From positions 129,270,001-129,334,000 of the forward strand of contig NC_043000.1 of NCBI RefSeq assembly GCF_006345805.1: a stretch of DNA of 64,000 bases, read 5' to 3'. The notes under the pieces were generated by a model. The model did no database searches and was not told the origin of the DNA. It worked only from the letters and a program-made list of their open reading frames with translations. The DNA comes from Octopus sinensis. Its lineage: Eukaryota. Every line of letters begins with the position of its first letter. Position 1 is the stretch's first letter. Positions 52,445-64,000 of this stretch are shown one piece after another. Position numbers and translations under genes: made by a program.

Positions 52445-53356
52445 TTTGGTATAAAAGTATGATGATTAATGAACCCCAGTTTAACCTTTTAGCATTCAGA
52501 TTATTCTATCAAATGTAACACTTATGTATTCACATTGTTTTGAATTGATTATGCATAATCTTGTGGCTTCAAAATTTTGATGGTGTGATTGTTATTTTTA
52601 GAATGACGTTTTTGGGTAGGTGTGAGAAACTGGATCTAGCTAGTTTGAAGTAAAACAATGAATATTTGGGCTAGGTATGGTCAGTTCTAATGCTAATGGG
52701 TTAATCCTTTGTATCTGAGAAACCTGTAGGAAAATAAATCAGTTCTACATTGGTATCATAAGCAAGAGAGGGAGGAGCTGTCCCTAAGTATGCTTAATAT
52801 CAGGATAAGTTTCATCTCCATGAACTTACAAAAGCTATGAACATCATCGTCATCATCATTGCTGTCTTAATATCCACATTTTCATGCTTGGATAGATTGG
52901 ATGAAATTTGTTGCAGCAGATTTCCAAGTAAGGTGATATTTCCTCTTGGTTAGACATATTTTCACAAAAGATTGCATGTATGACTGCGACACTTATTTAC
53001 CACTGTCATGCAATGTCAAGAAAAAGAGACACAAATACATGCATACCTCCATGTATGCATTCACTCATGCATAAAATACATACACACACACACACACATA
53101 TATATATAATACAAAGAGAGTTAGAGGTTGTGAATCCAACCAACTAAGGGACAATATCTATCCAATATATTGCTGGTAGAATACCCAATTATTAATATCT
53201 TTATATATTAATATATTTTATATGTAAAGCATAATATAGTATACATGTATGTATATTCTTGTAATTGTCATTTTAGTAAATAAATAAATAAGTTGACATA
53301 ATATAATGTTTAAAAGTTGATGAACCACCTATTGATCCCCCTCCATTTTCTTATTG

Positions 53357-53390
<34 letters not shown>

Positions 53391-54111
53391 GCATTATGTG
53401 TGTTTGTGTGTATGTACATATATCTATATATATATATATATATATATATGTGATGATGATGATGATATATATATATATATGAAGGATTTCTTTTAGTTTC
53501 CATTATCTACCATATCCACTCACTAAGCATTGTTTTTGCCCAAGGCTACAGTAGAAGCAGTACTTGCCCAAGGTATCATACAGTGTAACTCTACCTAAAG
53601 CCATTTAGTTGGGAAGTGAATTTCTCAAGCACGCAGCCATGCCTTTGGCTATATATAACATATTAAGTGCATTACAAAAGATAATATAAAGAAAAGCATT
53701 TTCAAGATAATGATATCCGCTTTGACGATAAAACACTATGAGTGTTTTTTTTCTAAAAAGTCAAGTCATTGTATGGAAAAGTATTTATCTTCCTTCAAAT
53801 GTGGCTTTAATTCTTTGAAAATGTTAAGTCATCTGCATTATCATCGTCTTAACGTCTATTTTTCCATGCTCACATGGGTTGGACAGAATTTGTTGAGCCA
53901 GATTTTCTGTGGCTGAATCCCCTTCATGTTACCAACTCTCACTTGTTCCTAAGGTAATGTTTTCCTGTGACCAGAGATGTTTTTACTGAAGATTGGAAAC
54001 AAAGATCACTGCTTGATGATGACGGCGACGACGATTTTCATTTTGGTTTGTTATAATCTGTGTATCTCCCGTGCTCTGATGAAGCAGCTATTTTATTTTT
54101 GCACATTTCAG

Positions 54112-54296
54112 AGAGCAGCTTTGTCATTTGACCCTGATGAAGGTGATGATGAAGATATATCTGACTTGGAGGAAGAACTCCCAGAAATTGATTTCACAAC
54201 AGGGAAATTGAAAAGAAAACGTCTTGGAAAGAATCCTGATGTTGACACAAGCTTTTTACCTGACCGTGATCGAGAAGAAGAAGAGAACAAGTTGAG
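54112..54296 (+). CDS. FAM50A: FAM50A/XAP5, coding exon 3
   Basis: Acceptor tttcag; [34 protein letters not shown]; donor AG|GTGAGT. Length 185 nt. Confidence 0.95.
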
Positions 54297-54396
54297 GTGA
54301 GTCGATTTTTCTTACTCCAGTTTTTACTTGATTTTTACATATTTAATAATTTGCAATATTTTTTTATCATATATATATATATATGTGTGTGTGTGT

Positions 54397-54635
54397 GGAG
54401 GCACGTGGCTTAGTGGTTAGGGTGTTGAACTCAAGATTGTAAAGTTGAGGTTTCAATTCCTGGACCAGGCAATGCATTGTGTTCTTGAGCAAAACACTTC
54501 ATTTCAGGTTGCTCCAATCCACTCAGCTGGCAAAAATAAGTAATCCAGCGACAGACCAGCATTCTGTCCAGGTGGGGAATTTCTATGCCACTGAAACCGG
54601 GAAATTGGCCCTTATGAGCCTGGCATGGCTTAAGA
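54397..54635 (+). mobile_element. SINE family C
   Basis: GGAGGCACGTGGCTTAGTGGTTAGGG head; similar to 23161-23421. Confidence 0.85.
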
Positions 54636-54964
54636 AGGATCATATATATCCCTCTCTCTTTCGGAGAGGCACTGAGCAGCTATACGCACACATACACACA
54701 TGGCAGTAACTCCCGCCTACCGAATTCAATCACAAAGCTCCGGTCGGCTCAGGGCTATAGCGGAAGACACCTACCCAAAGTGCCACGCAGTGGGACTGAA
54801 CCCGAAAACATGTAGTTAGGAAGCAAGCTCCCTAACCACACAGCCATGCCCATATATATATATATAACGGGAAGCTTTATGAAAATAAACAAAAGACGAA
54901 GGCAGGTGGAAAACAAACGAACAATTGTATTAGTATGGCGCTCTGGAAATATAAATAAAACAAG

Positions 54965-55002
54965 TCTTTAACGTTTCGAGCCTACGCTCTTCAACAGAAA
55001 GA
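54965..55002 (-). ncRNA. Minimal hammerhead-like variant (CUGUUGA core) within a Penelope-like repeat (~54870-55190) in FAM50A intron 3
   Basis: Minus strand reads TCTTT-CTGTTGA-A-GAGC gtag GCTC-GAAA-CG-T-T-AAAGA. Confidence 0.65.
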
Positions 55003-55317
55003 TACACAGAGAGAGAAAAACACAGAAAGAAGGAGAGAAAAAAAATGCGTGCAGTAGCTAACGAATCAACATGGCGATCTGATTTCGGCCAGAGGTCAAA
55101 GATCAAACATGAGACGCGAGAGCGAAATAAGGGGAGATAATAGGGTTGATAAAAGGGTTGAGGGACCAGATATATCACATGTATACAAATTGAATTAATA
55201 TGCATATATTTATATATGCATTTTTGTATGCATATCATTTATATACATACCATATATATTTATATATATATATATATATGTACCATGTTTTATTAATTTT
55301 TATTCTTTCTGTTATAG

Positions 55318-55828
55318 GGAACAGCTTCGTCAAGAATGGGTTGCTAAACAAGAAAAAATTAAAAACGAAGAGATTGAAATTACTTACAGTTACTGGGATG
55401 GTTCTGGTCATCGCCGACAAGTGAAAATGAAGAAAGGCAACAGTATACAGCAGTTCCTGCAACGGTGTTTGGAGAATTTACGTAAAGAGTTCAATGATTT
55501 GAAATCTATCACAGTCGATCAGTTGATGTACGTCAAAGAAGACTTAATCATCCCACATCATTACACATTTTATGATTTCATTGTGACAAAAGCTCGGGGC
55601 AAAAGTGGACCCCTCTTCAATTTTGATGTGCATGAAGATATCCGTTTGATCAATGATGCCACTGTGGAGAAAGATGAATCACATGCTGGCAAAGTTTGCT
55701 TGCGTAGCTGGTATGAAAGGAATAAGCATATATTCCCAGCATGTCGATGGGAACCATATGACCCTGAGAAGAAATGGGACCAATATACTGTTTCTGATAA
55801 AAATGCTGCAAGGATTACAGTAAAATGA
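55318..55828 (+). CDS. FAM50A: FAM50A/XAP5, last coding exon (XAP5 domain)
   Basis: Acceptor gttatag; [70 protein letters not shown]; TGA at 55826-55828. Total CDS 1029 nt = 342 aa. Confidence 0.97.
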
Positions 55829-56174
55829 ACTCTTGTTTCTTGCATAGATTTAATATCGCATGTCTCTTTGATCTTTAAAATTATTTTATACATGTGAACT
55901 TGTCTGTTTATTTATTCTTGTATCATAAGCACAAGTATGGCTAAGAAGCTTACTTCTCAACCATATGGTTTCAGGTTTAATTTCACTGCATAGCACCATG
56001 GGCAGGTGTTTTCTACTATAGCCCCAGGCTAAACAAAACCTTGTAAGTAGATTTAGTAGATGAAAATTGAAAGAAGCCCATCATGTTTGTATTTGTATAT
56101 GTGTGTATATACATCCATATACATATGTACATATATACATTATATATATACATATATATATATATGTAAATAAC

Positions 56175-56452
56175 ATGAAGGTGGAAATAGCACAGAAGTA
56201 AGTCTAACACATTTTATTTAAGAGAGAATTTAATAAAAAGGATTTTAAGAAATTATATAAAGAAAATATTACTGGTTTCAAAGAATTTCATCTTATCAAA
56301 TGTCAGTGAAAATTTATAAGAATATAAATTTTTACTGATATTTGCTAAGATGAAATTCTTTGAAACCGGTAATAGTTTCTTTATATAATATTTTAAAATC
56401 ATTTTTATTAAATTCCCTCTTGAACTTACTTCTGTGCTATTTCCATCTCCAT
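56175..56452. repeat. Long imperfect hairpin (~130-bp arms, 4-nt loop) ~350 bp downstream of the FAM50A stop
   Basis: Centre aatttata-agaa-tataaatt at 56311-56330. Outer arms gtggaaatagcacagaagtaagt / acttacttctgtgctatttccat. Confidence 0.88.
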
Positions 56453-56502
56453 CTTTTATATATAAAAATTGGATTTATATAGATCTCTAATCTTTTTTCA
56501 AC

Positions 56503-56535
<33 letters not shown>

Positions 56536-56536
<1 letters not shown>

Positions 56537-56935
56537 ATCATCATCATCATCATTTAACGTATGTTGTCAGTGCTGGCATGGGTTGGATGGTTTGACCAGT
56601 GCTGGCATACTGGAAAGCTGCACTAGTCTCCAGTCTGATTTGGCATGGTTTTCTACTGCTGGACGCTCATCCTAATGCCAACCACTCTCAGAGTGTAATG
56701 AATGCTTTTACGTTTTACTGGCACAGGTGCCATTTGTGTGATACTGGGGTGCTTTTACATGTCACTGGCATGGGCACCAATTTGTGTGACACCAGTATCT
56801 GCCACAACTGCAATTTCACTCGGCTTGATGGGTCTTCATCTCAAGCACGACATAATGCCAAAGGTCTCGGTCATTGCCTCTGTGAGGCCCAACACTCGAA
56901 AGGAACTCAGCCACTTTGGCTCCATGAGGTCCAAT
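56536..56935 (-). mobile_element. RTE LINE 3' UTR with (GAT)n tail
   Basis: Parallels 11423-11830. Confidence 0.8.
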
Positions 56936-56993
56936 GCTTGAAAATACACACACACACACACACACCACACACACACACACACATATGTATATG

Positions 56994-57073
<80 letters not shown>

Positions 57074-57855
57074 ATATAAACCATAAAAAGTCAAGAGGTA
57101 TGAGAGATGAATATATTTATTTAATGAAAAACAGACGTCCAGTGATGGATAAACTATTTGGCATCCTTAGGGTTATGGCCATTTCACAGCCTTCTTTGTA
57201 TAATAATAATAATTTCATTGTGGGATAAAAAATATATTCACATATTAGCATTAATATGCGTGCTATGCATTATACAATGCAATTGTAAATTCACAAATCA
57301 ATACAAATAAAGAAAACCAGCTCATCAGATCACCAGAACATCATGAGAACATCAACAGTTCAATTCTAAGTATACATATAAAATTTTCTCTTTTTGTGCG
57401 TGTTTGTATGTGTGTGTGTGTGTGTGTATTGTTCCATCACTGCTTGACAAACCAGTGATGGTGTGTTTAATGTCCCTGTAACTTAGCAATTCAGCAAAAG
57501 AGACTGATAGAATAAGTACTAAGACTTAAAAATAAGTCCTGGGGTTGATATATATATGACTTCTTTTAATTTCTTGGTGGGTATTTGTTTTATTTCATTC
57601 ATTGATGTAAGAAAAATTCATAGTTTTACCCTCTTAGTTCTGACAGAGGGAAGCTTTAAGAGGAAAAAAATAACAGATGCTATTATATAGTATAGGATAT
57701 CATCATCATCATTATTTAACAGTTGTTTCCATACTGGCATTGGTTGGATGGTTCAGCAAGAGTGGTGATCCAGAGGACTGCAGCAAACTCGAATGTTTAC
57801 TTTGACATGATTTCTTTAGCCTGATGCCCTTCCTAATACCAACTATACAGAGTAC

Positions 57856-58243
57856 AAGTGGAGGCGCAATGGCCCAGTGGTTAGGGCAGCGGACTCGCGG
57901 TCGTAGGATCGTGGTTTCGGTTCCCAGACCGGGCGTTGTGAGTGTTTATTGAGCGAAAACACCTAAAGCTCCACGAGGCTCCGGCAGGGATGGTGGTGAT
58001 CCCTGCTGTACTCTTTCACCGCAACTTTCTCTCACTCTTACTTCCTGTTTCTGTTATACCTGTATTTCAAAGGGCCGGCCTTGTCACTCTCTGTGTCACG
58101 CTGAATATCCCCGAGAACTACGTTAAGGGTACACGTGTCTGTGGAGTGCTCAGCCACTTACGCGTTAATTTCACGAGCAGGCTGTTCCGTTGATCGGATC
58201 AACCGGAACCCTCATCGTTGTAACCGACGGAGTGCTTTCATCC
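57856..58243 (+). mobile_element. SINE family D nested in an RTE 3'-UTR remnant
   Basis: 11-bp TSD ATACAGAGTAC at 57845-57855 and 58244-58254. Confidence 0.9.
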
Positions 58244-58584
58244 ATACAGAGTACTGGATACTTTTTACATGGCACCAGCACCAATGTGGTCACCAAATAA
58301 CTCGCAAGACAAGATTCGTTAAGTGAGTATGGTCTAAGACTGAGGGAGGTGGTTTCTATGCCAAAGTGTTGCAAAGTTGAAGTATGATAGAGGGACAGTA
58401 ACAAGTGTCTTGCTATAGGGGAGATACATAGTCACCATAGTTGGGAAAAGGATAAGATGTTGGTGAAGATGTGCCAGGGCATACCATCAAGGTACAGGAA
58501 GGTAAATATAAATGATACAGAGAATTGGACAGGGTGAGTGGGTAGGTAAGAAAGTTCACAAAATGTTGCTCTCATTATTATCAT

Positions 58585-59530
58585 ATCTGTTTCTTTATTA
58601 CCCACAAGAGGGGACAGACAAACGGATTAAGTCGAGTACATCGACTCCAGTGCGTAACTGGTACTTAATTTATCGACCCTGAAAGGATGAAAGGCAAAGT
58701 CGACCTCGGCGGAATTTGAACTCAGAACGTAATAATAGACGAAATACGGCTACGCATTTCACCTGGCATGCTAACGGTTCTGCCAGCTCGCCCTCATTAT
58801 TATCATATCGTTAACCATTCCATCTCATTATGTCCGTGTCCAACCCGCAGCTTCTTTTCTTTGTAAGGCCCTTGTGGCCAATTAAATGAATAAAAGAAAG
58901 TTCACAAAAGTGTGAAAGAAGAATGACAGATGGAAACAGAGGAATGCAATGGGAGGTGCACATGGGTGGCGACAGTTATGAATATCAGTTGGGAGGAAGG
59001 TGGAAGAAGTAGGTATTGGTCAGGTGGGGGAATAGGTGGCAGCACAGTTGCATTGAAGTGTTGGGGTAGAGTGCAAGAGTGATGACCCAGATTTTAGCTT
59101 GGCAGCATTACTAAGATATTGTCAACAAAAAAGGATTTGAAAGATAACCACTCTACACTATTCTTTCTTAATATCAGAGACAGCTACCATACCAGTTTTG
59201 TCAAGAAGGTTTGAAACATGGTAACCATGGTTTCATAGCTGTTAGTTGTGTCTGACAGAGGATTTGAAATACAATAAACCATGATACTATGGCTTAGTAC
59301 CTATTTCTTTACTACCTACAAGGGGCTAAACACAGAGAGGACAAACAAGGACAGACAAAGGGATTAAGTCGATTATATCGACCCCAGTGCATAACTGGCA
59401 CTTATTTAATCGACCCCGAAAGGTTGAAAGGCAAAGTTGACCTCAGCAGAATTTGAACTCAGAACGTAACGGCAGACGAAATACCGCTAAGCATTTCACC
59501 CGACGTGCTAACGTTTCTGCCAGCTCACCA
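58585..59530 (-). mobile_element. Two SINE family B copies (~58585-58795, ~59300-59530) with intervening CR1-like remnants
   Basis: Reverse complements of the family B consensus. Confidence 0.75.
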
Positions 59531-60994
59531 CTTTATGGCTTAGTACCATAACCACAGTGGAGTGATCAAGTGTATACTTCATTCTATAGCTTATCAGAGT
59601 CATCTTCATTTATAACACAAAGCACTAAAAGAGCCTTTACACAGTTACAAGATTTGCTAGAAATAGCAGCTAAATTTCCTTCTAGCTCCTCTCTATCAAA
59701 GCAGTGACCTCTCTTGTGATAGCTAAAACAAAGTAAAGAACTACCATTTTGAAAACAACAAAAAAGAAAAAATCATGGGATAATAATGTTCTCTCTCCAG
59801 GCCCCACCTTGACACCTCATCACAACTATCTTTATCCCTTTTTTTCAGTTCCTCCCAGATTATTCTCACTTTTTCCCCCTGCCTCTTTCACACAATAACT
59901 TTTTATCACCAAGCATAAAGCTATCTCTCTTTCTATTGTAGTCCTGCTCCCTCAAAGGAGATCTTTATCTTGAGAGCTACTAGGCAACCTCACTAGTGCT
60001 GGTGCCATGAAAAAGCATCCAGTATACTATGTAAAGTGATTGACACTAGGAAGGACATCCAGCCATAGAAGTCATGCCAAAGCAGACATTGGAGCTTGAC
60101 ATGTCAAATGGTATTAAACCATCCAGCCTATGCTAACATGGAAGACAGGTGTTAAAAGATGAGGACGAGATGAGACAGCAAAGTGTTGATAGATTTTCTG
60201 TGGTGTTACCTTTTATAGATTGGTACCCAATCCAAAAATACAGATTGAATTTTGGTTTACTTAACACCAATGAAACTATAGTGAAGCTTTGTTCTTTCAT
60301 CTTTCTGGATCATGAAAAGAGTAAATTTATGTTTTTAATAATACTTTCTATGTATTCAATCATCATCAATTTACATTTGATTTTCCATGCTAGCATGGGT
60401 TAGAGAAGTCTCACAACATCTTCCCACTTGTCACATTCCTTCATCTTCTCATGCACTCAGCAAAAAAGCAAAGAGAAATAGCCATCCTTGCTGTGTATGT
60501 CATGTTCTTTTGACATGAATTTTACAGTTGGATGCCCTTCCTGTCAACAACTAGTTTACAGCATGGACTAGGTGCATATTATTATGTCCTCAACACAAAA
60601 TAGGGTCTCTGGGACCATGATTAGAGAGCCTTCTCTACCCTAATGTTAGAATTACTGTCCTTATATGCAGCTTGTGGAGTCCATATCTCTTCCATGTTTT
60701 CCTTCAATTTATATAAATGGATGCCTTTCCTATTACAAAACACTTGACAGCATGAACTGGTTGCATTGTATTTTGATACAAGAACTAGTGTGGTGGTGTA
60801 CAAAAAAAAAAAAAAAAAAAACTGGTTGCCTATTGGTGCAGACATGGGTGTGTGATTTAGAAGCTCGCTTTACAGTCCTAATGTGTGTGATTCCTTGAGC
60901 AAATTTTTTTTCTATAGCCCCCGGCCAAGCAATGCCTTGTGGGTGAATTTATTAGACAGAAACTGTGTGAAAACTCATTATATATATATATATA

Positions 60995-61156
60995 GGTGCA
61001 AGAGTGGCTGTGTGGTAAGTAGCTTGTTTATCAACCACATGGTTCCGGGTTCACGCCACTGCGTGGCACCTTGGGCAAGTGTCTTCTACTATAGCCCCGG
61101 GCCGACCAAAGCCTTGTGAGCGGTTAGGTAGACTGAAACTGAAAAGAAGCCCATCG

Positions 61157-61188
<32 letters not shown>

Positions 61189-61400
61189 CGTGTTTGTCTA
61201 TGTTTGTCCCCCCAACATCGCTTGAAAACTTATGATGGTGTGTTTACGTCCCTGTAACTTAGCGGTTCGGCAAAAAAAGAAACCGATAAAATAAGTACTA
61301 GGCTTCCAAAGAATAAGTCCTGGGGTCGATTTGATTGACTAAAGGCGGTGCTCCAGCATGGCCACAGTCACATGACTGAAACAAGTAAAAGAGTAAGAGT
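60995..61400 (+). mobile_element. SINE family A
   Basis: Full-length copy. Confidence 0.88.
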
Positions 61401-62459
61401 ATATATTAGGCTTAATCCATCACCCTATTTAACACCACCATATAGGCTTTGGGTGCCTTTTGTAAAATTTACTCTTACAAACATTTAGACCAGGCCTTTG
61501 GTTTGGGGTTCATTTCTTTTCTCTTGCTGTTCTTGAAGACCTTTGAAAATAATGAATCGTGGGTACTGCCCTTCTCTTTTTAGTTAAAAAGCAATTGCTA
61601 TTAATACATACAAAAATTTATATAATAATGTAAGAAAATGTTTAAAATTCTTATCTAGAGAAAATTAACTTAATAAATTTTACAATGATTTTATAAGATT
61701 TTATTAGATGGAAGGCTGATTTCAGACCTAGTTATTGTCCCATTTATATTGATTTCCCACGCCAGTGTAATGCTGATAATTCATAGAAGATATTTGACTG
61801 TTACATTTAGCAGATAGACTTAAAACATAGAGATTCCCTTGTTGTCATAAGTATGTAGTGCATGTGTAAAATAGGTTGAGTATGTATGTTCTTGACAACA
61901 GAAATATACTATCTGTGAAAATGAACAGAGATTTGAGTGTTTGCAAAAGGCAGTGCAGCTATAATGAAAACATGTAGATTAACCAGAGGTAGGGGAGTTA
62001 GTTAAATCCACTCTTGAAATGACAGATAACCTTGAACTGTGTTAACTTCCAAAATATCAGCACAGACTGACAAAAATATAAGCAATCAGGTTAGAGCAAA
62101 ATTAACTGCAGTTTTAAACCATCTATTTTAAAGCGTTATATCTCTCAGCTCTGAAGAAATATTATTTCTTTATTGCCTACAAGGGGCTAAACATAGAGGG
62201 GACAAACAAGGACAGACAAAGGGATTAAGCCAATTAAGGAATTAATTTATCAACCCTGAAAGGATGAAAGGCAAAGTCGACCTCGGCGGAATTTGAACTC
62301 AGAACGTAACAGCAGACGAAATACCACTCAGCATTTCGCCCAGCATGCTAACGTGTCTGCCAGCTCAGCTCTGAAGAAATATTATTAATTAAAATAATAC
62401 TTATAGCATTTCTAGCAATATATAAACATTTCTCTGAAGAAAAGTTATTAACTAAAATA

Positions 62460-63025
62460 TTGGGTTGTCTGGAATGTTGATGCCGATTTTTAAAGGAAAG
62501 AAAAAGGTCAATAAATACATACCATTACATTTTTAATAAACCAAATATGAACCATTTTGTTGCACAATGCGTCCCCATCTTTCCTTTAACTTGAAAATAT
62601 CCTCTTCCCAGAATTGAGGTGGTTTCATGGCAAAGAATTCATCAGGGTATCTTTTTACGTCGTCCAAGGAATTGAAATTTTTACCATTAAGACTATTCTG
62701 CAGAGACCTGAATAAGTGGAAATCCGAAGGAGCAATATCTGGTGAATATGGAGGGTAGGGTAACACATCCCAGCTGAGCTGCAGCAATTTTCGTCTGGTT
62801 CCCAAAGCATCAAGTGCCAGAAATGAACTTTCTTATCTTCCATTTTAAAGGGATACAGAATTAACACAGGTTATAGGAACATAAACCCTCTTCCATGAAA
62901 AGATAGCTAAAACTTTGCTCTAAATGGAAGTGTAGTCAAATCTTATTTTATGGACTCAACCATGTTCTAAAATAAGTCGAAATGTAAGCTACTATAAATC
63001 GGCATGAACTTTCCGGACAACCCAA
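62460..63025 (-). mobile_element. Internally deleted mariner (566 bp)
   Basis: TIRs TTGGGTTGTCTGGAATGTTGATGCCGATTT versus the reverse complement TTGGGTTGTCCGGAAAGTTCATGCCGATTT; TA at both ends. The N-terminal MEDKKVHF.HLMLWE is joined directly to the C-terminal YSPDIAPSDFHLF..LKERW. Confidence 0.93.
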
Positions 63026-63379
63026 TACTAACCATTATAAACTAAACGCTTTTTCCAACAAGAAAGAAGTCTATTTATACTGATAACAGCATTCTGAAGT
63101 CCTGAAACTGATGATTTCTTCTATGACATTTTGCATTACTACTTGGTTGTTGAAGACTTTCTCTTGCAGGAGTATATTGAAATGCTTGAGTGAATGGTAG
63201 TTACTTTGTTTCATTTTCCTCTGCTCTATAATATTCATTCCTTTAGGCTTTCTGTCAGACAACTTTGTAGGCCTCGTCTTAACCTTCTTTGTAGTCCCTT
63301 ATGTTACACAGTGGCCTCGAGCCTTGTTTGGGACAAAATTGTTAAAAAGTAAAAAAAAGTAGAAAAAAAAAAAAAAAAA

Positions 63380-63544
63380 GGCACAGGAGTGGCTGTGTGG
63401 TAAGTAGCTTGCTTACCAACCACATGGTTCCGGGTTCAGTCCCAATGTGTGGCACCTTGGGCAAGTGTCTTCTACTATAGCCTCGGGCCGACCAAAGCCT
63501 TGTGAGTGGATTTGGTAGACGGAAACTGAAAGAAGCCCATCGTA

Positions 63545-63577
<33 letters not shown>

Positions 63578-63800
63578 GTGCGTGTGTGTTTGTGTGTCTG
63601 TGTTTGTGCCCCCCAACATCGCTTGACAACCGATGCTGGTGTGTTTACATCCCCGTAACTTAGCGGTTCGGCAAAAGAGACCGATAGAATAAGTACTGGG
63701 CTTACAAAGAATAAGTTCCGGGGTCGAGTTGCTCGATTAAAGGTGGTGCTCCAGCATGGCCGCAGTCAAATGACTGAAACCAGAAAAAGAGTAAAAGAGT
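63380..63800 (+). mobile_element. SINE family A
   Basis: Full-length copy after a poly(A) run. Confidence 0.9.
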
Positions 63801-64000
63801 ATGTACCTAGGTGTTGTCATGTAAAAGAAATGGCTCCTTTGAATTAACCAATGCTGGAACATAATAGAGTTGCACTTGTTGGTACTTTTGTATCAATTTC
63901 TTGGCAATACTTCTCCACTGTTATGGTTCACTGGGGTTAAAGGAATGATAATGAATGATTCTATATGCCAGCTACCAAACAACAACCTGACAAATAGTAA

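Noticed and set aside
62000-62075. Possible minus-strand terminal exon (tttttgtcag then ..CADILEVNTVQGYLSFQEWI*)
   Set aside because: Short, no recognised homologue and no partner exon identified; needs tBLASTn or RNA-seq.
63071-63262. 63-aa minus ORF
   Set aside because: Non-ATG start, upstream in-frame stop and no recognisable motif.

Overview
This is eukaryotic, AT-rich, repeat-dense DNA. The SINE, LINE and microsatellite content resembles an octopus (coleoid cephalopod) genome; this is an inference. The prokaryote-style ORF track is mostly noise from microsatellites and transposon remnants. Two spliced protein-coding genes were reconstructed by hand, arranged head-to-head around a ~17 kb CpG-retaining intergenic block. 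On the minus strand is a NOXRED1-like gene with four phase-consistent coding exons (28314-28127, 14342-14152, 7495-7160, 4110-3918); its last exon probably lies left of the window. On the plus strand is FAM50A/XAP5 with four coding exons (49819-50011, 51135-51274, 54112-54296, 55318-55828; 342 aa). The remainder is tRNA-derived SINEs, RTE and CR1 LINE remnants, a stack of R4/Dong-like REL-LINE 3' ends in (TAA)n, three non-autonomous Helitrons, several MITEs and an internally deleted mariner. The most striking non-coding signal is a set of type I hammerhead-ribozyme-like motifs in Penelope-like repeats. One is a near-perfect 118-bp palindrome carrying a hammerhead core on both strands inside a NOXRED1 intron. 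There are also paired RFX X-boxes just upstream of NOXRED1. All calls come from manual reading; no database searches or folding programs were run.
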